Of a DNA stretch of 64,000 nt, positions 49,390 to 59,552 are shown piece by piece. The stretch is taken from the NCBI GenBank assembly GCA_902490005.1, contig CABUCM010000009.1:5834-69833 (forward strand), in the 5' to 3' direction. Each line of letters begins with the position of its first letter. Position 1 is the first letter of the stretch. Made by a program: the position numbers and the translations under genes. The notes under the pieces are model-generated. The model searched no databases and was not told the DNA's origin. It saw nothing but the letters and a program-made list of their open reading frames with translations. This DNA is from an uncultured Ruminiclostridium sp. Its GTDB lineage: Bacteria > Bacillota > Clostridia > Oscillospirales > Acutalibacteraceae.

Positions 49390-51801
49390 CTATTTGATTC
49401 GATAGGTTTTTCTGTGAGCTTTCGGATGCTTTTGATCCCATTTCCTCATAAACACAAGATAAGCGATGAACAGGAGGAGAAACACGCCGGTCATCAGCGC
49501 GCCGGCCTTCAGCCCAGGCGTGGTATAATTAAAGCGGATTGTGCTTTCGGTGTTGGCTGGGACGCGGACCGCCATGAAGCCCACGTTCACCTTTTCAATG
49601 ACAGCCTCCTCACCGTTTACCGTGGCGCTCCAGCCTGCTTCCCAGGGAACGCTGAAAAATACCAGTTCGTCCCGGGCGCCTGCGGTATAGATAGCGGTAA
49701 AGCCGTAGTTATCTCTGGTAAAAGTGGAACAGGGGTCCGTTTTCCGGTTAAGGCAATCCTGGAAGTAGTCCTCTTCGCTGTACCGGAAGCTATCGGCGGG
49801 GGCCTGGGTAAGAATATCCTGGTTGCGGATGATGGCGTCGTCCTCCAGCACGATAGCTTTCAGAAGCGCCAGATGCCGGGATGATTCCGCGATGCCGTCA
49901 TATTGCTCCCGGGTCATATACTGGTCATAGGTGAAGCCGTAAGGGATAAAATACCGGTTTTCCCAGATGTCGAAACCGTTCTGTGTGTCATAAAAGCTCC
50001 AGCCGGGCATCTTGGTGTCATTGGAATCGGTGGAGGACTCAAATTCATCCGAATCGCCGGTGTAGTCAAACAGCCAGCGGGTGGAGGTCAGAGCCCTCAG
50101 GCCATAGACGTTGGTTTCAGGCCGGGAGCCCACGTCTCTGGTAACGCCGATGGAGGGGTAAAACTCCATAATAGAGCCGGGGACAATGCTGTGAAAGGCC
50201 TGAATGGTTGGCATTTGCCAGAACATGGCCTGGTTGTCCATTCCCTTGTAAATATCGATGCGGCTTTCCACTTCCGGGTCGGGCAGGTCGATGTCCTCTC
50301 CCTGGTTGAGAGAGTAAGGAATGATAAAATTGTGCGTATCGTAGGACTGGGCCTTGCCTAAACCGATGAGATAGGCCGCGTAGATCACGGTAATGATGGA
50401 AATGGAAACCATTGTTACCCGATAGAACATCCTGCGGTCCCGCTTTAAGAAGCGAAGGGCGATGACCAAAAGCAGCAGGCTGGCAAAAGCGATAGCCACA
50501 TAAATCCAGAACCGGTCAGGGTAATCCATTAATCCGAATTTAGTGGTGGTAGAGCCGTCGTCATTTTTGATTTCCTGGGGAATAAAAGCGATGGGGACCG
50601 CGATAGCGGCGGTAATTCCCATTGTCCATTTAATAGACCGTTTCCAAGCCGGCAGCGGAATGCTCTCTAAGCCTTTTACCGTGGCCAACACCATCATCAA
50701 GGTGAGCATATAAAACCAACGGGCGTAATAGCTGGAGTTGAACAGCTGGAACATACTGTTCAGAACGGGCACCATGGCCATGAAGAAAAGAATAATCAAA
50801 AGGCGCTTGAGCCAGTCGTTTTTCTTTGTTTGTAGCCAGGCGATTACCCCGGTCATGCTGAACAGAGGCAGCCAGGCCCCAAGAGAGGCCCATTTGGCGT
50901 TGGAGTCCGGCGTAAAGTTGGGCCTTGCGGGGATGTCCGGCGGGAAAAACAGGCACTGTAAAATATGGACGTAACGCTGTTCGTTGCCGTAAAGCAATGC
51001 GCCCCAGCCTTGCGGCGGGTTATCGATTCTGGGGTTCTGAACCACCGCCAGCACAGTTGGCAAAAGGAGCACGGCGCTTAGCCCAACGCCTACCACCGCT
51101 TCAAACAAAAGCCAGAAAAATTCTCCCAGCGTAATTTTCCATGAATTGGCGAACATCCGGACAAACCAATAAATCAGGCAGAATGCCACCATGCCGGTGA
51201 AGAAATAATAATTGACGAAGCAGCAGGCAAATACCGCCAACGCAAACAGTCCCCGGCGTTTTGTGGCCATATATTCATCCAAGGCCGCCAGCAGCAGAGG
51301 GAAAAAGATAATAGCCTCATGAAAATGGTTGAAAAAGATGTTGTAAATGGAATAGCCGGAAAAGGCGTAGAGCATGGCGCCGATCAAAGCGGTATTTTGA
51401 TTCCGTACATACCGCTTTAAGTAGATATAAGCGGTGAGAGAAGCGCAGCCCATTTTCAGCATCAGCAAAGGCCCCATCAAATAAGGAACCGCGTGGCTGG
51501 GGAAGGGAAGCGTCAGCCAGAAGAAGGGGCTTCCTATCAAATAGAAGGAATAGGAGCCGATGGTGTTGGCGCCTAAATCGGTGGTCCAGCTCCAAAAAAA
51601 GTTGCCGGAACGAACCGCGTCGTGGATCATTTGGTAGAAAGGCACCTGCTGCACGTTGAAATCACCATAATACAGGAAATATCCCTGGTCATAGATGATG
51701 AAAGGCAAAAAGAAAATGACAGAGACGCCAAACCCCAGAAGAAACGCTTTCAGATGCCACCGTTCACGCCGGGCTGGGGGATGAAGGGAATAGGAATACA
51801 A
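49390..51801 (-). CDS. YfhO-family polytopic membrane protein (second paralogue)
   Basis: GDFNVQQ, DLG.N, GSPFF, many TM helices, FSVPWEAGWSA.VNG, YTTPG. TTG start at 51801 behind GGAGG. Confidence 0.85.
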   Translation of the reverse strand: MYSYSLHPPARRERWHLKAFLLGFGVSVIFFLPFIIYDQGYFLYYGDFNVQQVPFYQMIHDAVRSGNFFWSWTTDLGANTIGSYSFYLIGSPFFWLTLPFPSHAVPYLMGPLLMLKMGCASLTAYIYLKRYVRNQNTALIGAMLYAFSGYSIYNIFFNHFHEAIIFFPLLLAALDEYMATKRRGLFALAVFACCFVNYYFFTGMVAFCLIYWFVRMFANSWKITLGEFFWLLFEAVVGVGLSAVLLLPTVLAVVQNPRIDNPPQGWGALLYGNEQRYVHILQCLFFPPDIPARPNFTPDSNAKWASLGAWLPLFSMTGVIAWLQTKKNDWLKRLLIILFFMAMVPVLNSMFQLFNSSYYARWFYMLTLMMVLATVKGLESIPLPAWKRSIKWTMGITAAIAVPIAFIPQEIKNDDGSTTTKFGLMDYPDRFWIYVAIAFASLLLLVIALRFLKRDRRMFYRVTMVSISIITVIYAAYLIGLGKAQSYDTHNFIIPYSLNQGEDIDLPDPEVESRIDIYKGMDNQAMFWQMPTIQAFHSIVPGSIMEFYPSIGVTRDVGSRPETNVYGLRALTSTRWLFDYTGDSDEFESSTDSNDTKMPGWSFYDTQNGFDIWENRYFIPYGFTYDQYMTREQYDGIAESSRHLALLKAIVLEDDAIIRNQDILTQAPADSFRYSEEDYFQDCLNRKTDPCSTFTRDNYGFTAIYTAGARDELVFFSVPWEAGWSATVNGEEAVIEKVNVGFMAVRVPANTESTIRFNYTTPGLKAGALMTGVFLLLFIAYLVFMRKWDQKHPKAHRKTYRIK

Positions 51802-52097
51802 AAGAACACCTCCGGAGGAACGTTTGCGGAAACCCCGGTATCGCAGGAGTTTTGGCAACGCCCTGAAATTTACCCGCCGTCTTTGAGGAAAGCGGCGCTT
51901 TTCTAACAAACAGCCGCAAAAAAGCCGCCCTTCAAAGCTGCGGAGAGTGAAAATCAATTATTTTATATTATAACATATCACAGATTAAAAAAATACTGGA
52001 ATTTGGAAAAGCTTTCAACTATACTAAGAAAAGGTATGATTGGGTCAAAGATGCCTATGCTGATACTGAGGATATGATAAAAAGGGAGATCTTTATA

Positions 52098-52694
52098 ATG
52101 GAACAAAACGCTAAAGGGTATCATTTTTACGCCATGCTTTCCCGTATGAAATATATTAACCGCTGGGGCTTGATGAGAAATACCCGGCAGGAAAATATCT
52201 GTGAACACAGCCTGGAGGTCGCCATGATCGCCCACAGCCTGGCGGTGATTAAAAACCAGCGCTTCGGCGGCTGCGTCAATCCAGAGCGCGTGGCCTTACT
52301 GGCCGTTTTTCATGACGCCACGGAGATTATCACAGGGGATCTGCCCACCCCGGTGAAGTACTATAACCCAGAGATCCGCACCGCCTACCGCCAGGTAGAG
52401 GATATGGCTACAGACAGGCTCCTTTCCATGCTGCCGGAGGACCTGCAGCCGGCTTACGAGCCGCTGCTGGCCCCGGCGGAGGACGAAAAAGAACTTTGGC
52501 GTCTGGTAAAAGCGGCGGATAAAATTTCCGCTTTAATTAAATGTATTGAGGAAAGAAGCATGGGAAACGGGGAATTCCATCAGGCGGAGCTCGCCTTGCG
52601 GGAGTCTGTGGGCCGCCTTTGCTGCCCGGAGGTAGATTGCTTTTTGGAGGAATTCCTGCCGTCTTACAGCCTGACCCTGGACGAGCAGGAATAA
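52098..52694 (+). CDS. yfbR: HD-family 5'-deoxynucleotidase
   Basis: RMKYINRWGLMRN, EHS, HDATE..TGD.PTPVKY, ADK. Confidence 0.92.
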   Translation: MEQNAKGYHFYAMLSRMKYINRWGLMRNTRQENICEHSLEVAMIAHSLAVIKNQRFGGCVNPERVALLAVFHDATEIITGDLPTPVKYYNPEIRTAYRQVEDMATDRLLSMLPEDLQPAYEPLLAPAEDEKELWRLVKAADKISALIKCIEERSMGNGEFHQAELALRESVGRLCCPEVDCFLEEFLPSYSLTLDEQE

Positions 52695-52948
52695 AATATA
52701 GTTTGACCGTATTTCTCTTTTTTAACGCCTGCCGCCTGTCCTACGCCGCAGTATGATTGAACGCTGCGCGGTATGTAAGCTGTCGGGAAACCGTGAGGCG
52801 ATAGCGAAAATTGTAAAACTTTGTTCACAAAAACATTGCAGGAAGCAAACAGAATCAGAGCAAAAAAATTTGCCAACCCGCGAAATTTGTTGTATAATAA
52901 ATCCCTGTTACCAAAGAACGACGATTTTCCCGAAGGAGCGTGAAATTC

Positions 52949-54139
52949 ATGGCGTCTAACCGAAGATACCAGAGTCCCGCAAATAATAAAGAAATTTCAT
53001 CCATTAGCAATGGAAAAAACCCGTTTAAAAGATCCACGGGAAGAAAAGTTTCCAATGTGATTATTATATTGTTATGCGTTATTTTTTCCGGCTTGGGAGG
53101 CGTGGTGGTATACGCCCATAGCCTGCTTGCCGGGATGTATCAAAATTTGGATTCCACCGTGCTGGACAGCAGCGCGAAAGAATCCCTGGCTGGAAGCGCC
53201 GCTAGCAGCACCAGCAGTATCGCGGAGGTGCCGGCCAATATCAGCGGCACCCTGATCAAAGACCCGATGGTGCTGAATATTATGCTGTTCGGCTCCGATG
53301 AGCGGCCGGGAGCGAATGAGTATGGCCGTTCTGACACGATGATGCTGCTGTCGATTGACAACCGGCATAAGAAGCTGAAACTGACGTCTTTTATGCGGGA
53401 TACTTATGTCAACGTTCCGGAATGGGGAGACACAAAACTGACTCACGCTTATTCTTATGGCGGTCCCTCTCTTGCCATTGAAACCATTGAACGAAATTTT
53501 GGAATCGATATTGACCGTTACGCCGTGGTGTATTTTGATACCTTCCCTGGAATTGTGGATACTTTAGGGGGGATCGAGGTGGAGATGACCCAGACGGAAG
53601 CGGATGTGATGAACGAAAGCGTAGGCCCGGAATTCGCCACCTTTACCGAAGGGAAAAATATGCTCAACGGCGGAACCGCTTTGGTCTATGTGCGGATTCG
53701 TTACGGCGTGGGCGACGACTTCGGCAGAACCCAGCGGCAGAGAGATTTTATGCTGCAGGTTCTCAATAAGGTCAAGGGCACCCGGGATGTGGGAACTCTT
53801 TTGACCCTGCTGACAAAGGTTCTTCCCGGCATAACCACCAACATTTCCGTGAATGAAATGACCGGCCTGGCCGGGGGGGCGGTTTCCTCTTATATGGCCT
53901 ACCCAATGTACCAGTTCCGGCTTCCGGAGGACGGATATTACAGCAACGCGATGCTGGATGCGGGTGATGTGCTGGTTATTGACGATTGGGAGCAGGCCAG
54001 AGAGCATCTTCAGCGGTTTATTTATGAGGATACGGTGGATCCTATTTACGGACCTACTACCGAAACCATCGGCAGCGCCATGGGCAGTTCCCAAACAGCC
54101 GGTTCTTCCACATCTTTTGGTTCCTCTAGTGAAGAGTAA
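52949..54139 (+). CDS. LytR-CpsA-Psr (LCP) family cell-wall polymer ligase
   Basis: N-terminal TM helix, [24 protein letters not shown]. Confidence 0.93.
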   Translation: MASNRRYQSPANNKEISSISNGKNPFKRSTGRKVSNVIIILLCVIFSGLGGVVVYAHSLLAGMYQNLDSTVLDSSAKESLAGSAASSTSSIAEVPANISGTLIKDPMVLNIMLFGSDERPGANEYGRSDTMMLLSIDNRHKKLKLTSFMRDTYVNVPEWGDTKLTHAYSYGGPSLAIETIERNFGIDIDRYAVVYFDTFPGIVDTLGGIEVEMTQTEADVMNESVGPEFATFTEGKNMLNGGTALVYVRIRYGVGDDFGRTQRQRDFMLQVLNKVKGTRDVGTLLTLLTKVLPGITTNISVNEMTGLAGGAVSSYMAYPMYQFRLPEDGYYSNAMLDAGDVLVIDDWEQAREHLQRFIYEDTVDPIYGPTTETIGSAMGSSQTAGSSTSFGSSSEE

Positions 54140-54148
54140 AAAGCAATG

Positions 54149-54189
54149 AAAAAGCCTTTGGGGAAACTAGTTTCCCCAAAGGCTTTTTT
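54149..54189. terminator. Bidirectional terminator
   Basis: AAAAAGCCTTTGGGGAAAC/GTTTCCCCAAAGGCTTTTT. Confidence 0.88.
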
Positions 54190-54221
54190 ACATAGCGCGC
54201 CCTTTCGTCAGAAGAAAAGGG

Positions 54222-54476
54222 TTACGGCTTTTTCAGAAGAAGCGTGATTTCCCCTTGGTTTAAGGAGAGAATTTTTTGCTGGATCCTGGAATGCCGCAGT
54301 TCCTTGCGGACCATGTCCTTTAAGGCGCTGCCCCCGTGATAGCCGTGAATCACCACGATTTCACGAATGTTTTTATCCGCCCGGCTCAGCAGCAGCTCCA
54401 GTTCGTGCTTTGCCTCAGCGGCCCGCATGCCGTGTATATCCGCTTCAATGGTCCAGCCGTATCTTCTTTCCAGCAA
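54222..54476 (-). CDS. Stand-alone Smr-domain protein
   Basis: DIHG...EA, VVIHGYHGG..L...VR, NQG motifs; 84 aa. Confidence 0.85.
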   Translation of the reverse strand: MLERRYGWTIEADIHGMRAAEAKHELELLLSRADKNIREIVVIHGYHGGSALKDMVRKELRHSRIQQKILSLNQGEITLLLKKP

Positions 54477-54482
54477 TACCCG

Positions 54483-56333
54483 TCACTCCTTTTCTTCCTG
54501 GCTGTGGATGCCCAGGGCTTTTAAATCCGCGCCGCACTGTGTGCAATACCCCATTCCCTCATAAAGCACTGAGCCGCATTGAGGGCAGAATTCCTCTAAC
54601 ACCAAAAATTCCGCATCCGGCCGCCGCTTCCTGTGGGGCGCGCGCTGAAGCCAGAAAAGCAGCCCCCCTGCGGCCAGCAGAATGGCCAGCACTCCCGCGC
54701 CCGCTACCAGCCAAAAGACAGGATTCCAGTTTTTGTTTACTGCGGTTAGGACCACCACGCCCTTGGTTGGAATTGCTTTACCTGTCTGGGCCTGTTCTCC
54801 GTCAAAAGACTGGCTGCCGCCGGCGCTGTCCGACTGGAGAAACTCGTCGGGCGCCCGGCTGGAAAGATAGCGGTAGGTGGGACGGCCGGAAAAGCCTATT
54901 TTTTTCAGAAAAGCGGAGAGGTCCAGCCGGTCCTCCAGGTTGTCGTAGGAGAAAGGCGCGAACCCGCCCTGCTGGGCAAAGGAAACCGTATTGCCGCCGC
55001 CGATAATGACCGCCTGGTCGCTGGTGATTTCCGCGGGGGAACCGGTAATGGTGGCGATGCATTGGCGGCCCCTTGTTTGAATATCGGTAAACTGGGTGGG
55101 CAGAGAGGAAAAATAATCTTTTGCCTTTTGAGGCCCGCCGTTGCTTCCGGCGAAGGAAAGGGTTAAAGTTCTTTGATATACGCCGCCGCCCTGGTCGGAA
55201 AGGGCCAGGCCCACGGCGGAAACGGCGTATTCGTTGCTGCTCTTCAAGGAAAGCTCCAGCAGGGAGACGTCGCCCTGAAAATGAAACTGGTTATCCTCTA
55301 CCGTACCGCCGGAGTCGATGGCCTCGCCGCCGTTTTTCAGGCTGACGTCGGAGATTCCCGAATGATCCTTGGTGTCCAGAGTATAAATTACAAAGGTTTT
55401 TCCTTCCCGGTTAGAGGGAAAGGAGGAAAAGTCCAGGGTTTCCCGGAACACATGCCGGGCGCTGAACAGAGTCTGCTCCGTAGAGGTAAACTCCGCCTGT
55501 GGAGCGTCGCTGTCCAAAGCCTGGCAGGTTAACGCGGAAAGCTCCGCGGCGTTTTTCGCGTCAAAAGACAAGGTGAAGACCCGGCCGGTAGAAATAGATT
55601 CCCAACCGCTATTTCCATTTTTCGGCACCAAGGAATCCATATATTGCTCCAGCTTGTCTCCAAAGGTATCGCAGGCGTTTTGGGGAATCTGATAAGAAAT
55701 CGTCCGGCGGAAAGCGCCGTCAGCGAGAAGGTCGGTGTGCATGGTGATCTTGTCAATGGGCTGATAAGCGAGGGTGGATAGCTCCAGCGGTTCCCTGGCG
55801 GAAGTGATAGTGTTTCCTTGCTGGATTTCGCTTCCAGCAAGGGTGAACAAGGCCGTGTCTGACGAAAGCAGCCCCTCTTTTTTGGCCTGGGCGGTCAGCC
55901 AGCCCATCAGCTCCTGAGAGGTGAAGCCCTCTTGCAGGGACTGCCCCCGGGCGAATAGGCTGTCGGGGCTGGAATAATAAAGCGCCGGTTCGCGGCCCAG
56001 CAGGGCCGAAACCTTCTGGCGGTAGTCTGAGATGCTGCCAAACGTCAGAGTGAACCGGTAATTGGTATGAAACCGGCCTTGGTTTTTCTCAAAGGTGAGT
56101 TCCTTCGGGCAATGGAGGGAAAGGAAGGCGTCAAAGGCGGCTTCGCCGCCGTTAATCTTTTCCGAAAGGTCGCTGTTGGCGATGACGCAGTTCATTGTGC
56201 GGGTTCCAGAGCCATCAGGATTTAAGGCCAGCCGAGTATCCGGCTGGCGGGCGGAACAGCCGCAAAGCAGGCACAGCAGCACAAAAAAGAGAAGCGGCGG
56301 CAAAAGCCGCGCGGCATGCCGTTTTTGTTTCAT
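54483..56333 (-). CDS. Hypothetical lipoprotein with C-terminal TM helix and zinc ribbon
   Basis: LLCGC lipobox, TM helix near the C-terminus, CPQCG...CTQCG. ATG 56333 behind AAAGGAGG. Confidence 0.75.
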   Translation of the reverse strand: MKQKRHAARLLPPLLFFVLLCLLCGCSARQPDTRLALNPDGSGTRTMNCVIANSDLSEKINGGEAAFDAFLSLHCPKELTFEKNQGRFHTNYRFTLTFGSISDYRQKVSALLGREPALYYSSPDSLFARGQSLQEGFTSQELMGWLTAQAKKEGLLSSDTALFTLAGSEIQQGNTITSAREPLELSTLAYQPIDKITMHTDLLADGAFRRTISYQIPQNACDTFGDKLEQYMDSLVPKNGNSGWESISTGRVFTLSFDAKNAAELSALTCQALDSDAPQAEFTSTEQTLFSARHVFRETLDFSSFPSNREGKTFVIYTLDTKDHSGISDVSLKNGGEAIDSGGTVEDNQFHFQGDVSLLELSLKSSNEYAVSAVGLALSDQGGGVYQRTLTLSFAGSNGGPQKAKDYFSSLPTQFTDIQTRGRQCIATITGSPAEITSDQAVIIGGGNTVSFAQQGGFAPFSYDNLEDRLDLSAFLKKIGFSGRPTYRYLSSRAPDEFLQSDSAGGSQSFDGEQAQTGKAIPTKGVVVLTAVNKNWNPVFWLVAGAGVLAILLAAGGLLFWLQRAPHRKRRPDAEFLVLEEFCPQCGSVLYEGMGYCTQCGADLKALGIHSQEEKE

Positions 56334-56435
56334 AAGACCCCTCCTTTGCTTTACAGAACTATTATACAATCTTTTGTGTTTCATTTCTACACAAACCTAA
56401 CATTTTGAGAAAATACGCATGTTTCGGCGTGATCC

Positions 56436-56810
56436 TCAAGCCGGCCCGTATAGTACGATCCGGCTTGGCTCGCCAAAAGAAAAGGCGTACAAAAAAGAAT
56501 CCCAGCCCATACCAAAGATTCCCACTATGAAAAGAAGCAGGAAGCACCCCAAGGGAAGCAGGGTCAATTTTTTATTCAGCCGGTGAAAATATTTGGTAAG
56601 CCAGATAAAGACAGGAACCACCATCAGCAGCCACAAAAGCAGAAAAACCACGCCGAGCATTACGGAAATGTCCGCTTCGCTTCTAAGGTCGTAGCCATAG
56701 CCCTTGCCATTTCCGGTAATACACAGAAAGGTGAAGCTGATCCAGATCGGGGAAAACAAGGCGGCGGCGCCCAGCCACAAAAATGCGAAAATAATTCTCG
56801 GCTTTTGCAT
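56436..56810 (-). CDS. Hypothetical membrane protein
   Basis: Three hydrophobic helices; RBS AGGAG before the ATG. Confidence 0.7.
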   Translation of the reverse strand: MQKPRIIFAFLWLGAAALFSPIWISFTFLCITGNGKGYGYDLRSEADISVMLGVVFLLLWLLMVVPVFIWLTKYFHRLNKKLTLLPLGCFLLLFIVGIFGMGWDSFLYAFSFGEPSRIVLYGPA

Positions 56811-57016
56811 AGCTATTCTCCTAAAGTCTAATGAAATTTTCTGTTTGCTCTATTTTACTACGTTTTACCGGGATTTTCAAATTTAACAGGGTTTTATAAG
56901 AATCCAGGCGTTTTCTGTCGGCGCGTCTTGGAACCCGATTCTTTTTGTGCTATAATAACCACAGAAATGCCATTTTCGATTCGCCGCCAGGCTGGGCGAA
57001 GAAGGGAGTTATCGGT

Positions 57017-58192
57017 ATGGTTGTGGTGGATATCAGAAATATTTTTGCCGTGAGGAATGTGGAAATCATCGAAATCAACGATGATTTTATTTATTACGCA
57101 GAGGAAAAAAAGGAAGAGGGCCACAACAATCTGTTTTTGCTGGAGTATAACCGGGTATCCAAGCGGGAGCGGGTAGTGACCCATTATTCTTTAGACGACC
57201 CCACTTTTGTACAGCATCTTTTCAGCTTTTCAGACAGCATAGTCCTGCTGCTGGAGAACGGGGGGGACAGCGTGTGGATTTTCCGGGTGGATAAAAACAC
57301 CGGGGAGGAAACCGCCCGGATGAAGGTGAAGCTTGTCGGCGGTTTTTCCGACTGCAAGGCTTTGGATAAAGGGCATATCCTCCTTTGGACCACGGCAAAT
57401 GAGGAGTATAAGGAATTGTTCGCCAAGTACCAGGAGAAAACGGGCCACGCCCGGATCGCTTATCTTCACGACCTGGACACCACGGAAAAATACTTAATCA
57501 AGGATCAAATCCTTTGCCGGCTCAGCGGGGAGGATATTGTCCTCTACCGGCAGGAGGGGGAACACCGGGCTTTGCTGCTGAACCCCTATGGGGATGAAGA
57601 ACACAAGGAAAAGTGTTATAAAAACGCCAGGTGGATCAGCCAGCCGGTGTGCGACTACATTTGGGATGGAAGCGTTTCCGGCATATTGTCTGAAATAATC
57701 CAGGGCAAGGGCGCCCTGTCTCTGAAAAAGCTGGTCACCGCCGGCATCGAGGGCTTGGCCCGCTATACCGGCATGGATCAAAGCTATGTGTATTTCCGCG
57801 CCAGGCATTTTCCCACAAACAGCGAGTGCGTCTGCCGCTGTGAGAAAGCCTCCGGTAAAGTGGATGTGGCGGCCCAGCTGCCCTTTGACCAAGAGGGCTG
57901 CTATTACCACATGGATATTAAGGAGTGCAAGGTTTACCGGATCACCGAGGGGGAGGAAACCTGCCTGGTGGAAGGGGTTGTGAACAGCGGCGTCCGGGGA
58001 GAATATCAAAAGCAGCTGGGTGAGTTTATCAGCTGTGTGGAAGACCGGTTCCTTATTACCCAGAAGGTGATGACGGACAGCCAGGGGCAATACGAGTTTG
58101 AGTACCATTCTATCTGCGACACCAAGAAAAAAACGGAGGAAAGCTTCGAGTGTAAATGCGTGGTGAGCAAAAACACTCTTGTGCTGTATTGA
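57017..58192 (+). CDS. Hypothetical soluble beta-rich protein
   Basis: Long ORF, RBS GGGAG, upstream TGcTATAAT; no recognised motif. Confidence 0.75.
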   Translation: MVVVDIRNIFAVRNVEIIEINDDFIYYAEEKKEEGHNNLFLLEYNRVSKRERVVTHYSLDDPTFVQHLFSFSDSIVLLLENGGDSVWIFRVDKNTGEETARMKVKLVGGFSDCKALDKGHILLWTTANEEYKELFAKYQEKTGHARIAYLHDLDTTEKYLIKDQILCRLSGEDIVLYRQEGEHRALLLNPYGDEEHKEKCYKNARWISQPVCDYIWDGSVSGILSEIIQGKGALSLKKLVTAGIEGLARYTGMDQSYVYFRARHFPTNSECVCRCEKASGKVDVAAQLPFDQEGCYYHMDIKECKVYRITEGEETCLVEGVVNSGVRGEYQKQLGEFISCVEDRFLITQKVMTDSQGQYEFEYHSICDTKKKTEESFECKCVVSKNTLVLY

Positions 58193-58195
58193 TTT

Positions 58196-58873
58196 ATGGA
58201 GAAAGGGAAAGCTTCCGGCGGCCTTTTGGGCCTTGCGCTCAGCTATGTTTGGCTGGCGTCCCTTTGGAGCCTTTATCGGCTGTGGGGGCAAAATTTGCTG
58301 TATGGGGCCCTGCCGGAGGTTCCGGCGGCGTTGGCGGAGGGCGCTATCAAGCTTGTGATATACGGGCTTCCCGTGCTGGTTCTGGTGAAAACGAAAAAAG
58401 CGGCGCTGGCGGCGCCTGCAAACCGGTGGCTCCGTTTTAACCGGGCAACCGTTACGGTGGGGCTGGGCGGCGGCGCCTTGTTCCTGGCGTTTTTTCTGCT
58501 GATGAACCTAATGAAAAACGGAATGCAGGGACTTGACTTTCACTCTCCCGGCGCGGGGGAAATCCTTTCCACAGTGCTGTTCGCGGGATTGACCGAGGAG
58601 CTGTTTTTCCGGGGCCTGCTGCTGAATTCCCTGATGACCAGGCTTTCCTTTGTGAAAGCCGACGTGATCGCCGCCTTGGCGTTTGCGCTGATTCATCTTC
58701 CAAGCTGGCTTTCGTCCGGCGGGGTTCATCCGGCGGCGCTTTTGGCCAATATCGTTTCGGTGTTTGTGGTGGGTCTGCTGCTGGGCGGCGTGTTTGAAAA
58801 GTCCAGAAACCTGTGGGGGCCGTTTCTCTTTCATGCCCTTTATAATTTTGCCGTCGTCTTTTTGGCGGTGTAA
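58196..58873 (+). CDS. CPBP (CAAX/Abi) intramembrane metalloprotease
   Basis: EELFFRG, FALIH, HALYN. Confidence 0.9.
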   Translation: MEKGKASGGLLGLALSYVWLASLWSLYRLWGQNLLYGALPEVPAALAEGAIKLVIYGLPVLVLVKTKKAALAAPANRWLRFNRATVTVGLGGGALFLAFFLLMNLMKNGMQGLDFHSPGAGEILSTVLFAGLTEELFFRGLLLNSLMTRLSFVKADVIAALAFALIHLPSWLSSGGVHPAALLANIVSVFVVGLLLGGVFEKSRNLWGPFLFHALYNFAVVFLAV

Positions 58874-58887
58874 GGAGGCGTATTACT

Positions 58888-59427
58888 ATGGATAAAATGC
58901 TCAAGCGTCTGAAATGGACGGAGATATTGGAAGGAGCCTTGGTTGCCCTGGCGGGCCTGGCCTGCGTGATTTTCCCCGGTATATTGGCCAACATGTTTTC
59001 TTTTCTCATTGGGGCGGTGACCCTGGTGATCGGCATCTGTCAGATTTTTCAATGCTTTGTGGAAAAGAAATACCTTTCTTTTCCAACTTTAAAGCTTATC
59101 ATAGGGATCGTATTCTTGGTGTTCGGCGCCGCCTTTTTACTCCACCGCAGCGCGCCCATTACGATTTTTGCCGTGATTACCGGCATTGTAGTGCTGGTGC
59201 TGGGCGCGGTGAAAATGAACGAGGCGATCAAGGCGCGGGAGCGGAAAAAGCCTTATCTATGGCTGTTCATACAAAGCGCGGTTCACATCGCCTTCGGCTT
59301 TTTGCTGGTGATTAACCCGACCTCAGGAACCAGCCTGTGGATTGTGCTGATGGGGTGTTACCTGATTTATTTGGGATTAACCCTGGTGGTCACCGCGGCC
59401 CTTTCTAAATATGAGATTACAAAATAA
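58888..59427 (+). CDS. HdeD/DUF308-family membrane protein
   Basis: Six TM helices in repeated G..P helix pairs. Confidence 0.75.
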   Translation: MDKMLKRLKWTEILEGALVALAGLACVIFPGILANMFSFLIGAVTLVIGICQIFQCFVEKKYLSFPTLKLIIGIVFLVFGAAFLLHRSAPITIFAVITGIVVLVLGAVKMNEAIKARERKKPYLWLFIQSAVHIAFGFLLVINPTSGTSLWIVLMGCYLIYLGLTLVVTAALSKYEITK

Positions 59428-59433
59428 GAATTC

Positions 59434-59473
59434 AAAAAAGCGCCGGGCGTCTTTGAGACGCCCGGCGCTTTTT
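59434..59473. terminator. Intrinsic terminator insulating the R-M operon
   Basis: A6-GCGCCGGGCGTC/GACGCCCGGCGC-T5. Confidence 0.88.
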
Positions 59474-59477
59474 GCTG

Positions 59478-59540
59478 GGATGGTTTCTCTTGAAAAATTG
59501 AAAAAGGATGGTATACTGATAAAAAGGATGTTTTGGGATG
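59478..59540 (+). promoter_or_regulatory. R-M operon promoter region containing four GGATG sites
   Basis: TTGAAA(59490)-16-TATACT(59512) with extended TG; GGATG at 59478, 59506, 59526 and 59536. Confidence 0.75.
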
Positions 59541-59552
59541 TGAGGTTATACT

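Noticed and set aside
53873..53879. G7 tract in the LCP gene as a phase-variation site
   Set aside because: The frame is intact (Ala-Gly-Gly-Ala codons) and nothing indicates variation.
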